This document shows, one piece after another, positions 17,509 to 26,122 of a stretch of DNA of 27,405 bases (position 1 is its first letter; every line of letters starts with the position of its first letter). Source of the DNA: Bacteroidales bacterium (lineage in GTDB: Bacteria > Bacteroidota > Bacteroidia > Bacteroidales > WCHB1-69); the NCBI GenBank assembly GCA_028683685.1, contig JAQUHH010000001.1:1-27405 (forward strand). The letters run 5' to 3'. The notes under the pieces were generated by a model. That model had not been told where the DNA came from, did no database searches, and saw only the letters and a list, made by a program, of their open reading frames with translations. Made by a program: the position numbers and the translations under genes.

Positions 17509-17527
17509 ACTCAGTTACCCAGTTACT
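17509..17527 (-). repeat. Short octamer array copy downstream of the SNF2 gene
   Basis: Minus strand reads A GTAACTGG GTAACTGA GT; it shares the exact 14-mer GTTACCCAGTTACT (17514-17527) with 12248-12261. Confidence 0.7.
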
Positions 17528-17542
17528 ATCTTTCCCCTCCTC

Positions 17543-20425
17543 TTAGCTCAATAAATATTTCACATCTTCTTTGCTCAAATTCTTAACAAATCCATCATCG
17601 GTGGTTATCAATGATTCAAAAAGTTTGATTTTTTCACTTTGCAATTCCAAAATTTTTTCTTCAATGCTGTCTTTGGTGATAAATTTATAGACAAAAACAT
17701 TTTTTTTCTGACCGATGCGATGAGCTCTGTCATAGGCTTGAGCCTCCGCTGCCGGATTCCACCACGGATCGAGCAAGAAAACATATTCAGCTTGAGTAAG
17801 ATTTAAACCCAAACCTCCTGCTTTTAGCGAAAGCAGAAAAATCTTAAAATCATCATTGTTTTGAAAACGATCCACTTCCGCTTGCCTATCTTTGGTTTGT
17901 CCATCTAAATAACAAAACGGGATAGATTCCTTTTTCAGATGACTTACAAAAAGCTGCAAATGCTTTACAAAACTACTAAAAACCAATACTTTATTACCCG
18001 ACTCTATCAACAATTGCAACATTTCGATGACCATGCTAAATTTGCCCGAAGAATCTTCAAAAGTTGTGTCAAAAAGCTTTGGATGATTCGCTATTTGTCG
18101 CATTCGCAAAAGTCCTTCCAGTAAATTAAATTTAAAATTACCCTCCGGTTCATCTCCACTTTTTAAAATCGACTGCCTAATTTCATTTTTTACACTTTTA
18201 TATATTTCGGATTGCTCCGGTGTCATTTCACAATAATTGGTTGAAATTATTTTTTCTGGCAAATCCTTGGCAACCAATGTTTTCAATCGTCTCAAAACAA
18301 AAGGTCGGATAATTCTGCTCAACAATTGCATCCGCTCAGCAGTATTAAAAGTATTTAGAAAATGCGAAAGTGGACCGAAAATATTACGATTTACAAAGTG
18401 CATCTGACTCCATAAATCCACTACCGAATTCTCAACCGGGGTTCCGGTCAAAGTTAGATAATGATTTGCCCTTACCATCATGCTGGCTCGATGAATGCCA
18501 GATTGTGGATTTTTTATGTATTGTGCTTCATCTAAAATAAAATGAGAAAAAACCAAATCTTCAAACATCAAAATGTCTTCTCTCAAAATGGCATAAGAAG
18601 TAATAACAGTATCATTTTCAAAAAAAATGCTGGGATCTGTCGTCCTTTTGTAGCCCGAATGCGTATATATTTTCAGTTGTGGACAAAAATGAGCCGCTTC
18701 CCGTTTCCAATTTTCCAACAAGGACTTTGGCACCACCAATAAACTGGTTTGCTTTTTTTGCTCCTTCATTTTCTGCAACAAACATAAAGTCTGTATTGTT
18801 TTCCCCAACCCCATATCATCTGCCAAGCAGCCACCTAGGGACATTTCGCTTAAAAACATCAACCAATTGTAGCCCGTTTTTTGATACGGTCGCAAAATTC
18901 CCACAAAACCATTTGGCAATTCATATTCAGGAATTTCGTTGACTTCCATCAAAGCCATCAATTTTTTATTCAAATCAAACTTTAAAACACCCTTTTCTTG
19001 CATCTCTTCCAACAACACAAAATGATGCTTGGGCGTAAGCACTTTTTTATCCTGAAAGACACTGTAATTTCCCAAAATCGAATACTCTTCAATCCAAGCT
19101 GCGGGAAATTTTGCAAATTCTCCATTGGGCAGACGAATTTCAGAGCGTTTTTTCACAATTAAAGCGATAATATCCTTTAAATCAAACGTATATTCCCCAA
19201 ATTTCACGCTGCCTTTCAATTCAAACCAATCAATTCCTTCTTCTACATCTACCTGAATGCTGGAAGTTCCGATAAAATAATTTTTTTCATGTCGAACTCC
19301 TTCTTTTCTACGAATCTCTATCCCCATCTTTTCCAGCAATTTATAGTTGATATTCAACCATTCAATGCCTTCGTCAAATGATAATACTTGAAAAGTCAGG
19401 GAAAAACTCATTCCCATCGACTTCAAGTCTTTTACAATGCTTTTTTCAAACTCCATATCGCGTTCAACACGATAAAAGATGAGTTTTTGATTATCTGTTT
19501 CCCTGAAAACAAATTTGGTATTCTGTCCGATTTGATACGGATACTTATCGTATTCAAAAATCAAATTAAATCGCAATTTCAAATCAACATCCTCAGAATT
19601 ATCTTCATCAAACAGATTCATTTGTTGCGATTTCATTTCGCTCGTTACTGCCAAAACAATATTTGGTTTTGTTTCGATATCTACAATTGAAAAACCATTG
19701 GCAATCACTTTTTTGGTTCGCATTAAGAGCGGCTCCACAAAAAGTTCAAAATAACTATCCACCGAAGAATTCGATATTTCCAGGGTTTCTTTGCTAAAAT
19801 AAGGCAATAAATTGGTTCCTAAAACATCTTCATCAAATTCAAAAATACTGTTTTTTCGAAGAATTCGAGCCGGCATTGTGGACAATAAAACCGAGTGAAA
19901 AAGATTTAATTTTTTATTTTCATAAACTACATCCAAAAAGTATCGAATGCCTTCATCATGTCTATCAAAATGATAAAAAACATCTGGTTTCCCTTCTTCT
20001 ATCGATAAAGGTTTCCACATAGCAGGATTATCGCCATTCCATAAATAGATATTTTGTCCATCCAACTGTTTGTAAAACTTATCCAAAGACTGATTTATAA
20101 TGCTTTTTAGATATTCTCTCATTTGCAAAACTTTTCTATCTTTCGTTTTATGAACAAAATATTTTCCTGAAAAAGCCGACCACTTTTGAGCATTTTTGTC
20201 ATCTAATTTTTTAATAATTGTTTCGGGTTCCAATTGAATGCAATATTTCAACAGAGCCCTTTCAACAAGAGACAAATCAGATTCGTAATTCTGCTTATTT
20301 CTGGAATAAATCAAAGAATAGCGCAAATCAATCATCCCATCGGTATAACTAACCAATACGAGATGAGGAATGATTCCCAAATTCTCAACATCTTTCAATA
20401 AAACAGCAATTTTTTTTTCCGTCAT
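17543..20425 (-). CDS. SNF2-family (DEAD/DEAH box) helicase/ATPase
   Basis: LRPYQKTG, LADDMGLGKTIQ, ILDEAQYIKN, LTGTPVEN, VLVFSSF, LDGQT, LSLKAGGLGLNLT, DPWWNPAAEAQAYDRAHRIGQ. No SWIM zinc finger seen in the N-terminus. Confidence 0.93.
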   Translation of the reverse strand: MTEKKIAVLLKDVENLGIIPHLVLVSYTDGMIDLRYSLIYSRNKQNYESDLSLVERALLKYCIQLEPETIIKKLDDKNAQKWSAFSGKYFVHKTKDRKVLQMREYLKSIINQSLDKFYKQLDGQNIYLWNGDNPAMWKPLSIEEGKPDVFYHFDRHDEGIRYFLDVVYENKKLNLFHSVLLSTMPARILRKNSIFEFDEDVLGTNLLPYFSKETLEISNSSVDSYFELFVEPLLMRTKKVIANGFSIVDIETKPNIVLAVTSEMKSQQMNLFDEDNSEDVDLKLRFNLIFEYDKYPYQIGQNTKFVFRETDNQKLIFYRVERDMEFEKSIVKDLKSMGMSFSLTFQVLSFDEGIEWLNINYKLLEKMGIEIRRKEGVRHEKNYFIGTSSIQVDVEEGIDWFELKGSVKFGEYTFDLKDIIALIVKKRSEIRLPNGEFAKFPAAWIEEYSILGNYSVFQDKKVLTPKHHFVLLEEMQEKGVLKFDLNKKLMALMEVNEIPEYELPNGFVGILRPYQKTGYNWLMFLSEMSLGGCLADDMGLGKTIQTLCLLQKMKEQKKQTSLLVVPKSLLENWKREAAHFCPQLKIYTHSGYKRTTDPSIFFENDTVITSYAILREDILMFEDLVFSHFILDEAQYIKNPQSGIHRASMMVRANHYLTLTGTPVENSVVDLWSQMHFVNRNIFGPLSHFLNTFNTAERMQLLSRIIRPFVLRRLKTLVAKDLPEKIISTNYCEMTPEQSEIYKSVKNEIRQSILKSGDEPEGNFKFNLLEGLLRMRQIANHPKLFDTTFEDSSGKFSMVIEMLQLLIESGNKVLVFSSFVKHLQLFVSHLKKESIPFCYLDGQTKDRQAEVDRFQNNDDFKIFLLSLKAGGLGLNLTQAEYVFLLDPWWNPAAEAQAYDRAHRIGQKKNVFVYKFITKDSIEEKILELQSEKIKLFESLITTDDGFVKNLSKEDVKYLLS

Positions 20426-20503
20426 AAAATCAAAAAAATCTAATTAGCACCAAAGAAGTACATATTTAAAAAACAACAATGTTTAATTTAAAACTACAAT
20501 CAC

Positions 20504-20511
20504 CAAAGTTA
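20504..20511 (-). promoter_or_regulatory. -7 promoter box (TAACTTTG), probable SNF2 promoter
   Basis: TAnnTTTG on the minus strand about 78 nt upstream of ATG 20425. Confidence 0.45.
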
Positions 20512-20692
20512 CAAGTTTTTCAAAAATAAAATGCAAGAAGATGAAATTTATTTAAGAGAGGATATAATCATTCCATCCTTCGGGATTAAAAACTCAGCAT
20601 TAAGCTACTTTTAACTGTTGGGCATAGCGATGCACTGAGTCCCGATTCTCAGAATAAACTGCGTCGAACCTGTCGAAATACCGAATCTGCCG

Positions 20693-20716
20693 TCAGGCAC
20701 TTGGTTACCCGGTCAA
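20693..20716 (-). repeat. Degenerate octamer array copy
   Basis: Minus strand TTGACCGG GTAACCAA GTGCCTGA, each unit within about one mismatch of GTRACYRR. Confidence 0.4.
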
Positions 20717-20838
20717 CATTTAACTACGTTGATCTAAAAACTAGCTTTTTGCTGACACTAATTACAAAATAAAGAAGTTGGATTAAAACAATTTGCGAAT
20801 GTTTTTTGTTTACTCGTTATGAGGTTTATATTATTTAG

Positions 20839-20846
20839 TAATTTTG
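20839..20846 (+). promoter_or_regulatory. -7 promoter box (TAATTTTG) for the TA operon
   Basis: TAnnTTTG 12 nt upstream of ATG 20859. Confidence 0.6.
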
Positions 20847-20858
20847 TAAAAAAGCAAC

Positions 20859-21080
20859 ATGAATATACACGCTAAAAAACATCAATTGATCGAATGGATT
20901 ACGAATATTAGCGATGCTTATTTGATTGAAAAGCTGATTGAAATTGCTGAAAAAACAGATTGCTTAAACGAAATTAGCAATGCTGAAATAGAATCCATCC
21001 AGAGAGGACTAAAAGACATTAAGGAAAATCGTATTCTTGATCACTCTGATGTTAGAGAAAAGTATGAAAAGTATATCTAA
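20859..21080 (+). CDS. Putative type II antitoxin
   Basis: 73 aa, acidic C-terminal half (EISNAEIESIQRGLKDIKENRILDHSDVREKY), overlapping the downstream RelE/ParE-like gene by 17 nt. Confidence 0.75.
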   Translation: MNIHAKKHQLIEWITNISDAYLIEKLIEIAEKTDCLNEISNAEIESIQRGLKDIKENRILDHSDVREKYEKYI

Positions 21081-21360
21081 AGTCGTTTGGACTCGAGAAG
21101 CATTTGATTGTCTAGAGGAAATCATTGCTTATTTAGAAGAAAATTGGTCTGAGAAGGAAATTAAATAGTTTGTAATAAAACTTGAGAAGCAAATTTCTAT
21201 TATTAAAAATCAACCGTACTCGTTTCCAAAGTCTTATTATATTAAAGCTCGAAAATCAGTTCTATCCAAACATTCAACAATTTATTACAACATCTTCGGG
21301 GATGTAATTTATATTATTACAATTTTTGACAACAGACAGAACCCCAAAAACTTAAAATAG
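21064..21360 (+). pseudogene. RelE/ParE-family toxin interrupted by one in-frame TAG (21166-21168)
   Basis: Manual translation MKSISKVVWTREAFDCLEEIIAYLEENWSEKEIK*FVIKLEKQISIIKNQPYSFPKS...ARKSVLSKHSTIYYNIFGDVIYIITIFDNRQNPKNLK*. 99 codons; VVWT...I..YL...WS and IYY...IITIFDNRQNP match the RelE/ParE pattern. Confidence 0.85.
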
Positions 21361-21535
21361 TTTTTTTTATTCAATAGAGGGTTTTAGAAATCATTTTATT
21401 TTAGGTGGAAAAGAGTTTTAAAACCGCAATTTACTTACGTAAATAAGATGTACTGAGCCAATTGAAATAAGGATTTTAAAAACTGATTTCAACCACAAAA
21501 GCTGTTTTTGGAAGTCCCAATTGGCAAAAAAACAG

Positions 21536-21543
21536 TATATTTG
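21536..21543 (+). promoter_or_regulatory. -7 promoter box (TATATTTG) for tgt
   Basis: TAnnTTTG 18 nt upstream of ATG 21562. Confidence 0.65.
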
Positions 21544-21561
21544 CCGATTATTTAAGAACCT

Positions 21562-22692
21562 ATGAAGTTTTCCATAACTAAAAATGATGAGAAGAGCAAT
21601 GCCAGAGCTGGACTGCTGGAAACGGATCACGGCACAATCGAAACTCCGATTTTCATGCCCGTTGGCACGGTGGGTTCTGTAAAAGGAATTCACGCCCGCG
21701 ACTTGCACGAAGACATCAAAGCAGAAATTATTTTAGGCAATACCTATCATTTATATCTTCGTCCTGGAATTGACATTATTGAACAAGCTGGGGGAATTCA
21801 AAAGTTTAATGCTTGGAACGGTCCTATGCTTACCGATAGTGGTGGGTTTCAGGTATTTTCATTGGCTCATCGAAGAAAAATCACGCCTGAGGGCGTTCTT
21901 TTTCAATCTCATATTGATGGTTCAAAACACATGTTTACTCCCGAAAAAGTGATGGATATCCAACGCATTATTGGCGCAGATATTATCATGGCTTTTGACG
22001 AATGTCCTCCCTATCCTTGCGACTATAAATATGCACGCAACTCCATGGAAATCACCCATAAATGGCTGGATAGATGCTGTACACATTTCGATAATACAGA
22101 GCCTAAATATGGCTACAATCAAACTCTTTTCCCCATTGTACAAGGCAGTGTTTATAAAGATTTACGCAAGGAATCTGCCGAAAAAATCGCTTCTCTAAAT
22201 CGCGAAGGCAATGCTATTGGCGGCGTTTCCGTAGGGGAACCCATCGACTTAATGTACGAAATGACAGAAATTGCATGTTCCATTCTTCCAAAAGATAAAC
22301 CCAGATACCTTATGGGCGTTGGAACTCCTGCCAATATTCTGGATTGCATCGAAATGGGAATCGATATGTTTGACTGCGTAATGCCAACCCGAAATGGAAG
22401 AAATGGCACTATTTTTACCCGAAATGGAATTATGAATATGAAAAATGAAAAGTGGAAAAATGATTTTTCAGTTCTGGATTCCGAAAGCGATCTTTTTGCC
22501 GATCAACAATATACCAAAGCCTTCCTCCGACATCTTTTTACAGCTCACGAACAACTGGGTGGAATGATTGGAAGCATCCATAATCTGCACTTCTATCTTT
22601 GGCTTGTAAAAGAAGCCAGAAAACATATTATGGAAGGAGATTTTACAACTTGGAAAAGCAATATTCTTCCAAAAGTATCACAACGCATTTAA
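21562..22692 (+). CDS. tgt: tRNA-guanine transglycosylase (queuine tRNA-ribosyltransferase)
   Basis: TPIFMPVGT, GNTYHL, LTDSGGFQVFSL, DIIMAFDEC, IVQG, PRYLMGVG, DMFDCVMPTRNGRNG, HNLHFY. Confidence 0.97.
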   Translation: MKFSITKNDEKSNARAGLLETDHGTIETPIFMPVGTVGSVKGIHARDLHEDIKAEIILGNTYHLYLRPGIDIIEQAGGIQKFNAWNGPMLTDSGGFQVFSLAHRRKITPEGVLFQSHIDGSKHMFTPEKVMDIQRIIGADIIMAFDECPPYPCDYKYARNSMEITHKWLDRCCTHFDNTEPKYGYNQTLFPIVQGSVYKDLRKESAEKIASLNREGNAIGGVSVGEPIDLMYEMTEIACSILPKDKPRYLMGVGTPANILDCIEMGIDMFDCVMPTRNGRNGTIFTRNGIMNMKNEKWKNDFSVLDSESDLFADQQYTKAFLRHLFTAHEQLGGMIGSIHNLHFYLWLVKEARKHIMEGDFTTWKSNILPKVSQRI

Positions 22693-22717
22693 AACCAACA
22701 TGATAAGAAAGTAGAAT

Positions 22718-23800
22718 ATGAAACTAAAAAAGATTGACATTTACATTATCAAGAAGTTTTTATTTACTTTCTTCTATGCAATTTCTTTGCTTATTACCAT
22801 TGTTATTATTTTCGATATTTCGGAAAACATACAAGATTTTATTGATAAAAAAGCACCCGTTGGTGCTATTTTGTTTGAATATTACCTGAATTTTATTCCT
22901 TATTTTGTAAATCTATTTAGTCCGCTTTTTACTTTTATAGCCGTTATCTTTTTCACCTCCAAACTTGCTGGAAACAGCGAGATTATTGCCATTCTCAGCA
23001 GTGGAATATCATACAAGAGATTGCTTGTTCCCTACATCGTTTCTTCTATTGTACTTGCACTTATGTCTTTTTATTTGACCAACTTTTTGATTCCTCACAC
23101 CAATCAAAACATGCAAGATTTTAAAGACACCTACATCAGTAAAAGGATACGAAACAAAGGACGCGATATGCATGTAAAAATTGGACCCAATAGTTTTGTT
23201 TATTTAGAACAATGGGACAACGATAACCGGATGGGGTTCAATTTTACGTATGAAAATATGAGCTTTGATGAAATGAACTATAAGATTGTTGCTCAATCTA
23301 TTACATGGGACAGCACCAGTCAGGTTTGGACGCTTAATAATTATGTAAAACGACATGCTTACAAACTGAATGAGCATTATGAAACCGGCATTAAAATGGA
23401 TACCGTGATGAATATTACGCCCAATGATTTTGTAGTGATTCGAGATGAAATGGAAACCATGAATTACAAAGAGTTGCGCGATCACATTAAAAATGAGTAT
23501 TCCAAAGGTTCCGACAATGTCAAGTTTTATGAAGTGGAAAAACATCGGCGAATTGCCTTCCCTTTTGCAACGGTCATTCTTACCATCATTGGCTTTGCCG
23601 TAGCGGGCAGAAAAAGCAGACAAGGAATGGGATCCCACTTACTTGTTGGACTATTAATTAGTTTTTCATATATCCTATTTATGCAAATCACCACTGTTTT
23701 TGCAACCTATGGCAACCTTTCCCCCATTATTGCCGTGTGGATTCCAAATGTTCTGTACTTGGGAATAAGTATTTTGTTGGTCTATAAAGCTCCAAAATAA
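22718..23800 (+). CDS. LptF/LptG family LPS export permease
   Basis: IDIYIIKKFL, FFTSKLAGNSEIIAILSSGISY, RRIAFPFA...GRKSRQG, AVWIPN; directly follows tgt. Confidence 0.9.
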   Translation: MKLKKIDIYIIKKFLFTFFYAISLLITIVIIFDISENIQDFIDKKAPVGAILFEYYLNFIPYFVNLFSPLFTFIAVIFFTSKLAGNSEIIAILSSGISYKRLLVPYIVSSIVLALMSFYLTNFLIPHTNQNMQDFKDTYISKRIRNKGRDMHVKIGPNSFVYLEQWDNDNRMGFNFTYENMSFDEMNYKIVAQSITWDSTSQVWTLNNYVKRHAYKLNEHYETGIKMDTVMNITPNDFVVIRDEMETMNYKELRDHIKNEYSKGSDNVKFYEVEKHRRIAFPFATVILTIIGFAVAGRKSRQGMGSHLLVGLLISFSYILFMQITTVFATYGNLSPIIAVWIPNVLYLGISILLVYKAPK

Positions 23801-23815
23801 TATTTTTTTATATAT

Positions 23816-23834
23816 TGGAAGAGCAGACCTTCCA
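23816..23834. terminator. Short hairpin between convergent genes
   Basis: TGGAAG-agcagac-CTTCCA, 6-bp stem with no good U-tract. Confidence 0.3.
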
Positions 23835-23836
23835 GC

Positions 23837-24961
23837 TTATTTGCGCTCAAGCAATTTCAAAATCAGCTTCGCTCCTCTTTCATTATCAAACAATTTCATC
23901 TCCTCCTTACGAATTGCTAAATCTTCTGCGGAAAAACTGCGATCAAAACACAAATTTATTTCTTTAATAACTTCCGAAACAGAATCCATTTCCACTTTCC
24001 GAACTGATTTTTCAATTCCAGAACCTGCCAACATAAAAGAATTGCAGATACAAAAACGTCCCTGAGACAGAGCATACAACAACTTTAACTTCAATCCTGT
24101 TGCTTGTTCTGTAAATAATAAATGGAGCTGTGCATTGGAAATTAATTGCCTCATCTCCTCGTCACTTGGATTTGAAATTAGAGTCACATTGTTTGCCGTT
24201 TTTGCAGCTTCATATAAGGTCTGATTCGGATTATTTCCGGCAATAATCAATGGGACATCAATATCCGTAAATATGTTTTTGATGATCCAAAGTGCAATAT
24301 TATAATTTTCGGGAACCATCAAATTTCCATGATACAAAACATAATCACCTTTGCCGAGTTGAGAAAAAACGCCATTATTTGCATGAAAAGGCATCACTAA
24401 TTGAGTTGGATATTTCTTCGAAAAGTAAGCAGCGTCTTTCTCCGAAATAGCCAAAATCAAATCGGCATGCTTTAATATTTTCTCATATCTTTTTAATTTC
24501 CATGATTCTACCCAAAAATAGAACTTTTTTGTCCAAGAAGTCGTTCTTTTTCCCAATTCGAAATAATAATCATGTTCAACATTATGTGCTCGAACTATTT
24601 TAAGTCTATTTTTCAATCGATCATCTGATAAAAAAGCACAAGCGTGCAAACCTTCAAATAAAATCGGAACATTATCCTTTAAAAGATTATTTATCAAGTC
24701 ATTAGACTGTCTCGTTTTGACAATGTAAGGCAAAAAGGACAATTGATATTTAAAACCACACGTACGCGGATAATAGCTCACTTTGGACGTATATTTTCCC
24801 AATTCCAAAGACTCTGCACGTCCGTATTGATAGCAATGCAAATGGATATTTAAACCTGCTTCATGAAGTTTTTTTAATTTATAAAAAACATCAATCACTC
24901 CACCGTAATTCGCTGGAAAAGGAACATTAAATGAAATGATATGCAAATCAATTTCAGACAT
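23837..24961 (-). CDS. GT-B glycosyltransferase (GT4-like)
   Basis: HIISFNVPFPANYGGVIDVFY, ILFEGLH, RAHNVEHDYY, YHGNL, GLKLKLLYAL; overlaps the upstream GT by 8 nt. Confidence 0.8.
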   Translation of the reverse strand: MSEIDLHIISFNVPFPANYGGVIDVFYKLKKLHEAGLNIHLHCYQYGRAESLELGKYTSKVSYYPRTCGFKYQLSFLPYIVKTRQSNDLINNLLKDNVPILFEGLHACAFLSDDRLKNRLKIVRAHNVEHDYYFELGKRTTSWTKKFYFWVESWKLKRYEKILKHADLILAISEKDAAYFSKKYPTQLVMPFHANNGVFSQLGKGDYVLYHGNLMVPENYNIALWIIKNIFTDIDVPLIIAGNNPNQTLYEAAKTANNVTLISNPSDEEMRQLISNAQLHLLFTEQATGLKLKLLYALSQGRFCICNSFMLAGSGIEKSVRKVEMDSVSEVIKEINLCFDRSFSAEDLAIRKEEMKLFDNERGAKLILKLLERK

Positions 24962-26069
24962 ACTCTTTTACAATTTCGTTTAATTTTTGTTGTTCGTTTT
25001 CCCAATTCAAATCCAGAGATGTTTTTTTGCAATTGGCTTTATATTTCAGCCTTAAATTTGGATTATTTCTCAAATCATTTACTGCCTTGGCAATCGATTC
25101 AGGTTGAACATTTTTAATGACAATTCCCACTTCAAAATCCAATATTATTTTTGCAACTTCAGGTAAATCCGATCCTAAAACAGGGATTCCAGCATGGATA
25201 TAATCAAATAACTTGTTGGGCAAACTGTATGTATAATTGATACTCAATGGTTTATCTAATGTCAAACCCATATCTGAGAGAGCAGTATATTGCATCATTT
25301 TTTCATAGGGCAAAACGCCTAAAAACCGAACTTTAGATTCCAAATGAAGCTCTTTTACCAAAGCTTTCAAATCGTCAATAACATCGCCTCTACCAATGAT
25401 CAACAACAAGGCATTTTCTATAAAATTCATGGATGCAATCGCCTCTTCATAGCCTCTATCAACATTAATTCCAGCTCCTTGCATCACCATTATAAATGCA
25501 TCTTCGGGCAATCCAAAGTCAGCACGTAGCAGATTATCAGACACTTGCTTACGAGTCGGAATATTTCGGACAACCCTGATTTTTTTCTTATAAAATTCTG
25601 AATACAATTTTGCAATCGAATCATTTACGGTAATAAAATGGTCAACATGAGGAAAACTAAACTTTTCGATGTTTTTCCAAACCCATTTTACCAAGGTTTT
25701 ATTTTGAATTTCGGGCACTCCCAAAAAGAATTCATGGCTGTCGTAAATCAATGGTTTTCTGCGAATGATAGAAACCAAGGCTAAAGCGCCCAAAGTATCC
25801 AAATCATTAGCAAATAGAACCTCTATTTTTTTTCGGAATAATAAGAAAAAAAACAGACGAACATTGTATAAAAAATAAAACAAAGGACCTTTATTGATCC
25901 AAAAACGGAAACGTCTGATTTGATAATCTCTTTCCAAAGGCTTGCTACTTGACAACAATCGCCCTATTAGAACTACCTGAAATCCAGCATTTTGCCAAAC
26001 AGAACATGTGCGAGCGACTCGTTGGTCAGTAGATAAATCATTAATAACTGAGATATAAATGGTTTTCAA
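24954..26069 (-). CDS. Glycosyltransferase family 4
   Basis: SVINDLSTDQRV, ANDLDTL, YDSHE, SLPNKLFDYIHAGIPVLGSD. TTG start at 26069 preferred (ORF track extends to 26096). Confidence 0.85.
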   Translation of the reverse strand: MKTIYISVINDLSTDQRVARTCSVWQNAGFQVVLIGRLLSSSKPLERDYQIRRFRFWINKGPLFYFLYNVRLFFFLLFRKKIEVLFANDLDTLGALALVSIIRRKPLIYDSHEFFLGVPEIQNKTLVKWVWKNIEKFSFPHVDHFITVNDSIAKLYSEFYKKKIRVVRNIPTRKQVSDNLLRADFGLPEDAFIMVMQGAGINVDRGYEEAIASMNFIENALLLIIGRGDVIDDLKALVKELHLESKVRFLGVLPYEKMMQYTALSDMGLTLDKPLSINYTYSLPNKLFDYIHAGIPVLGSDLPEVAKIILDFEVGIVIKNVQPESIAKAVNDLRNNPNLRLKYKANCKKTSLDLNWENEQQKLNEIVKEYV

Positions 26070-26122
26070 ATCGCTGCATTTTACATTGAAGAACAATAAA
26101 AAGACAAAAAAAGTATCCTATT

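Noticed and set aside
10017-20425. Defence or DNA-repair island (recR, AddA-like, SNF2, TA)
   Set aside because: The genes are interspersed with unrelated ones in mixed orientation, and there are no methylases or recognisable defence partners.
20531-20614. Small ORF MQEDEIYLREDIIIPSFGIKNSALSYF
   Set aside because: Only 27 aa, with no recognisable motif or supporting promoter.
21166-21168. Genome-wide TAG reassignment or pyrrolysine
   Set aside because: dapD, the DnaB-like gene, the DUF2148-like gene, the TPR gene and recR all end at TAG where expected; no pyl genes are seen.
16059-26096. Remaining short nested or antisense ORFs in the six-frame track
   Set aside because: All lie within well-supported longer genes on other frames and have no recognisable motifs.
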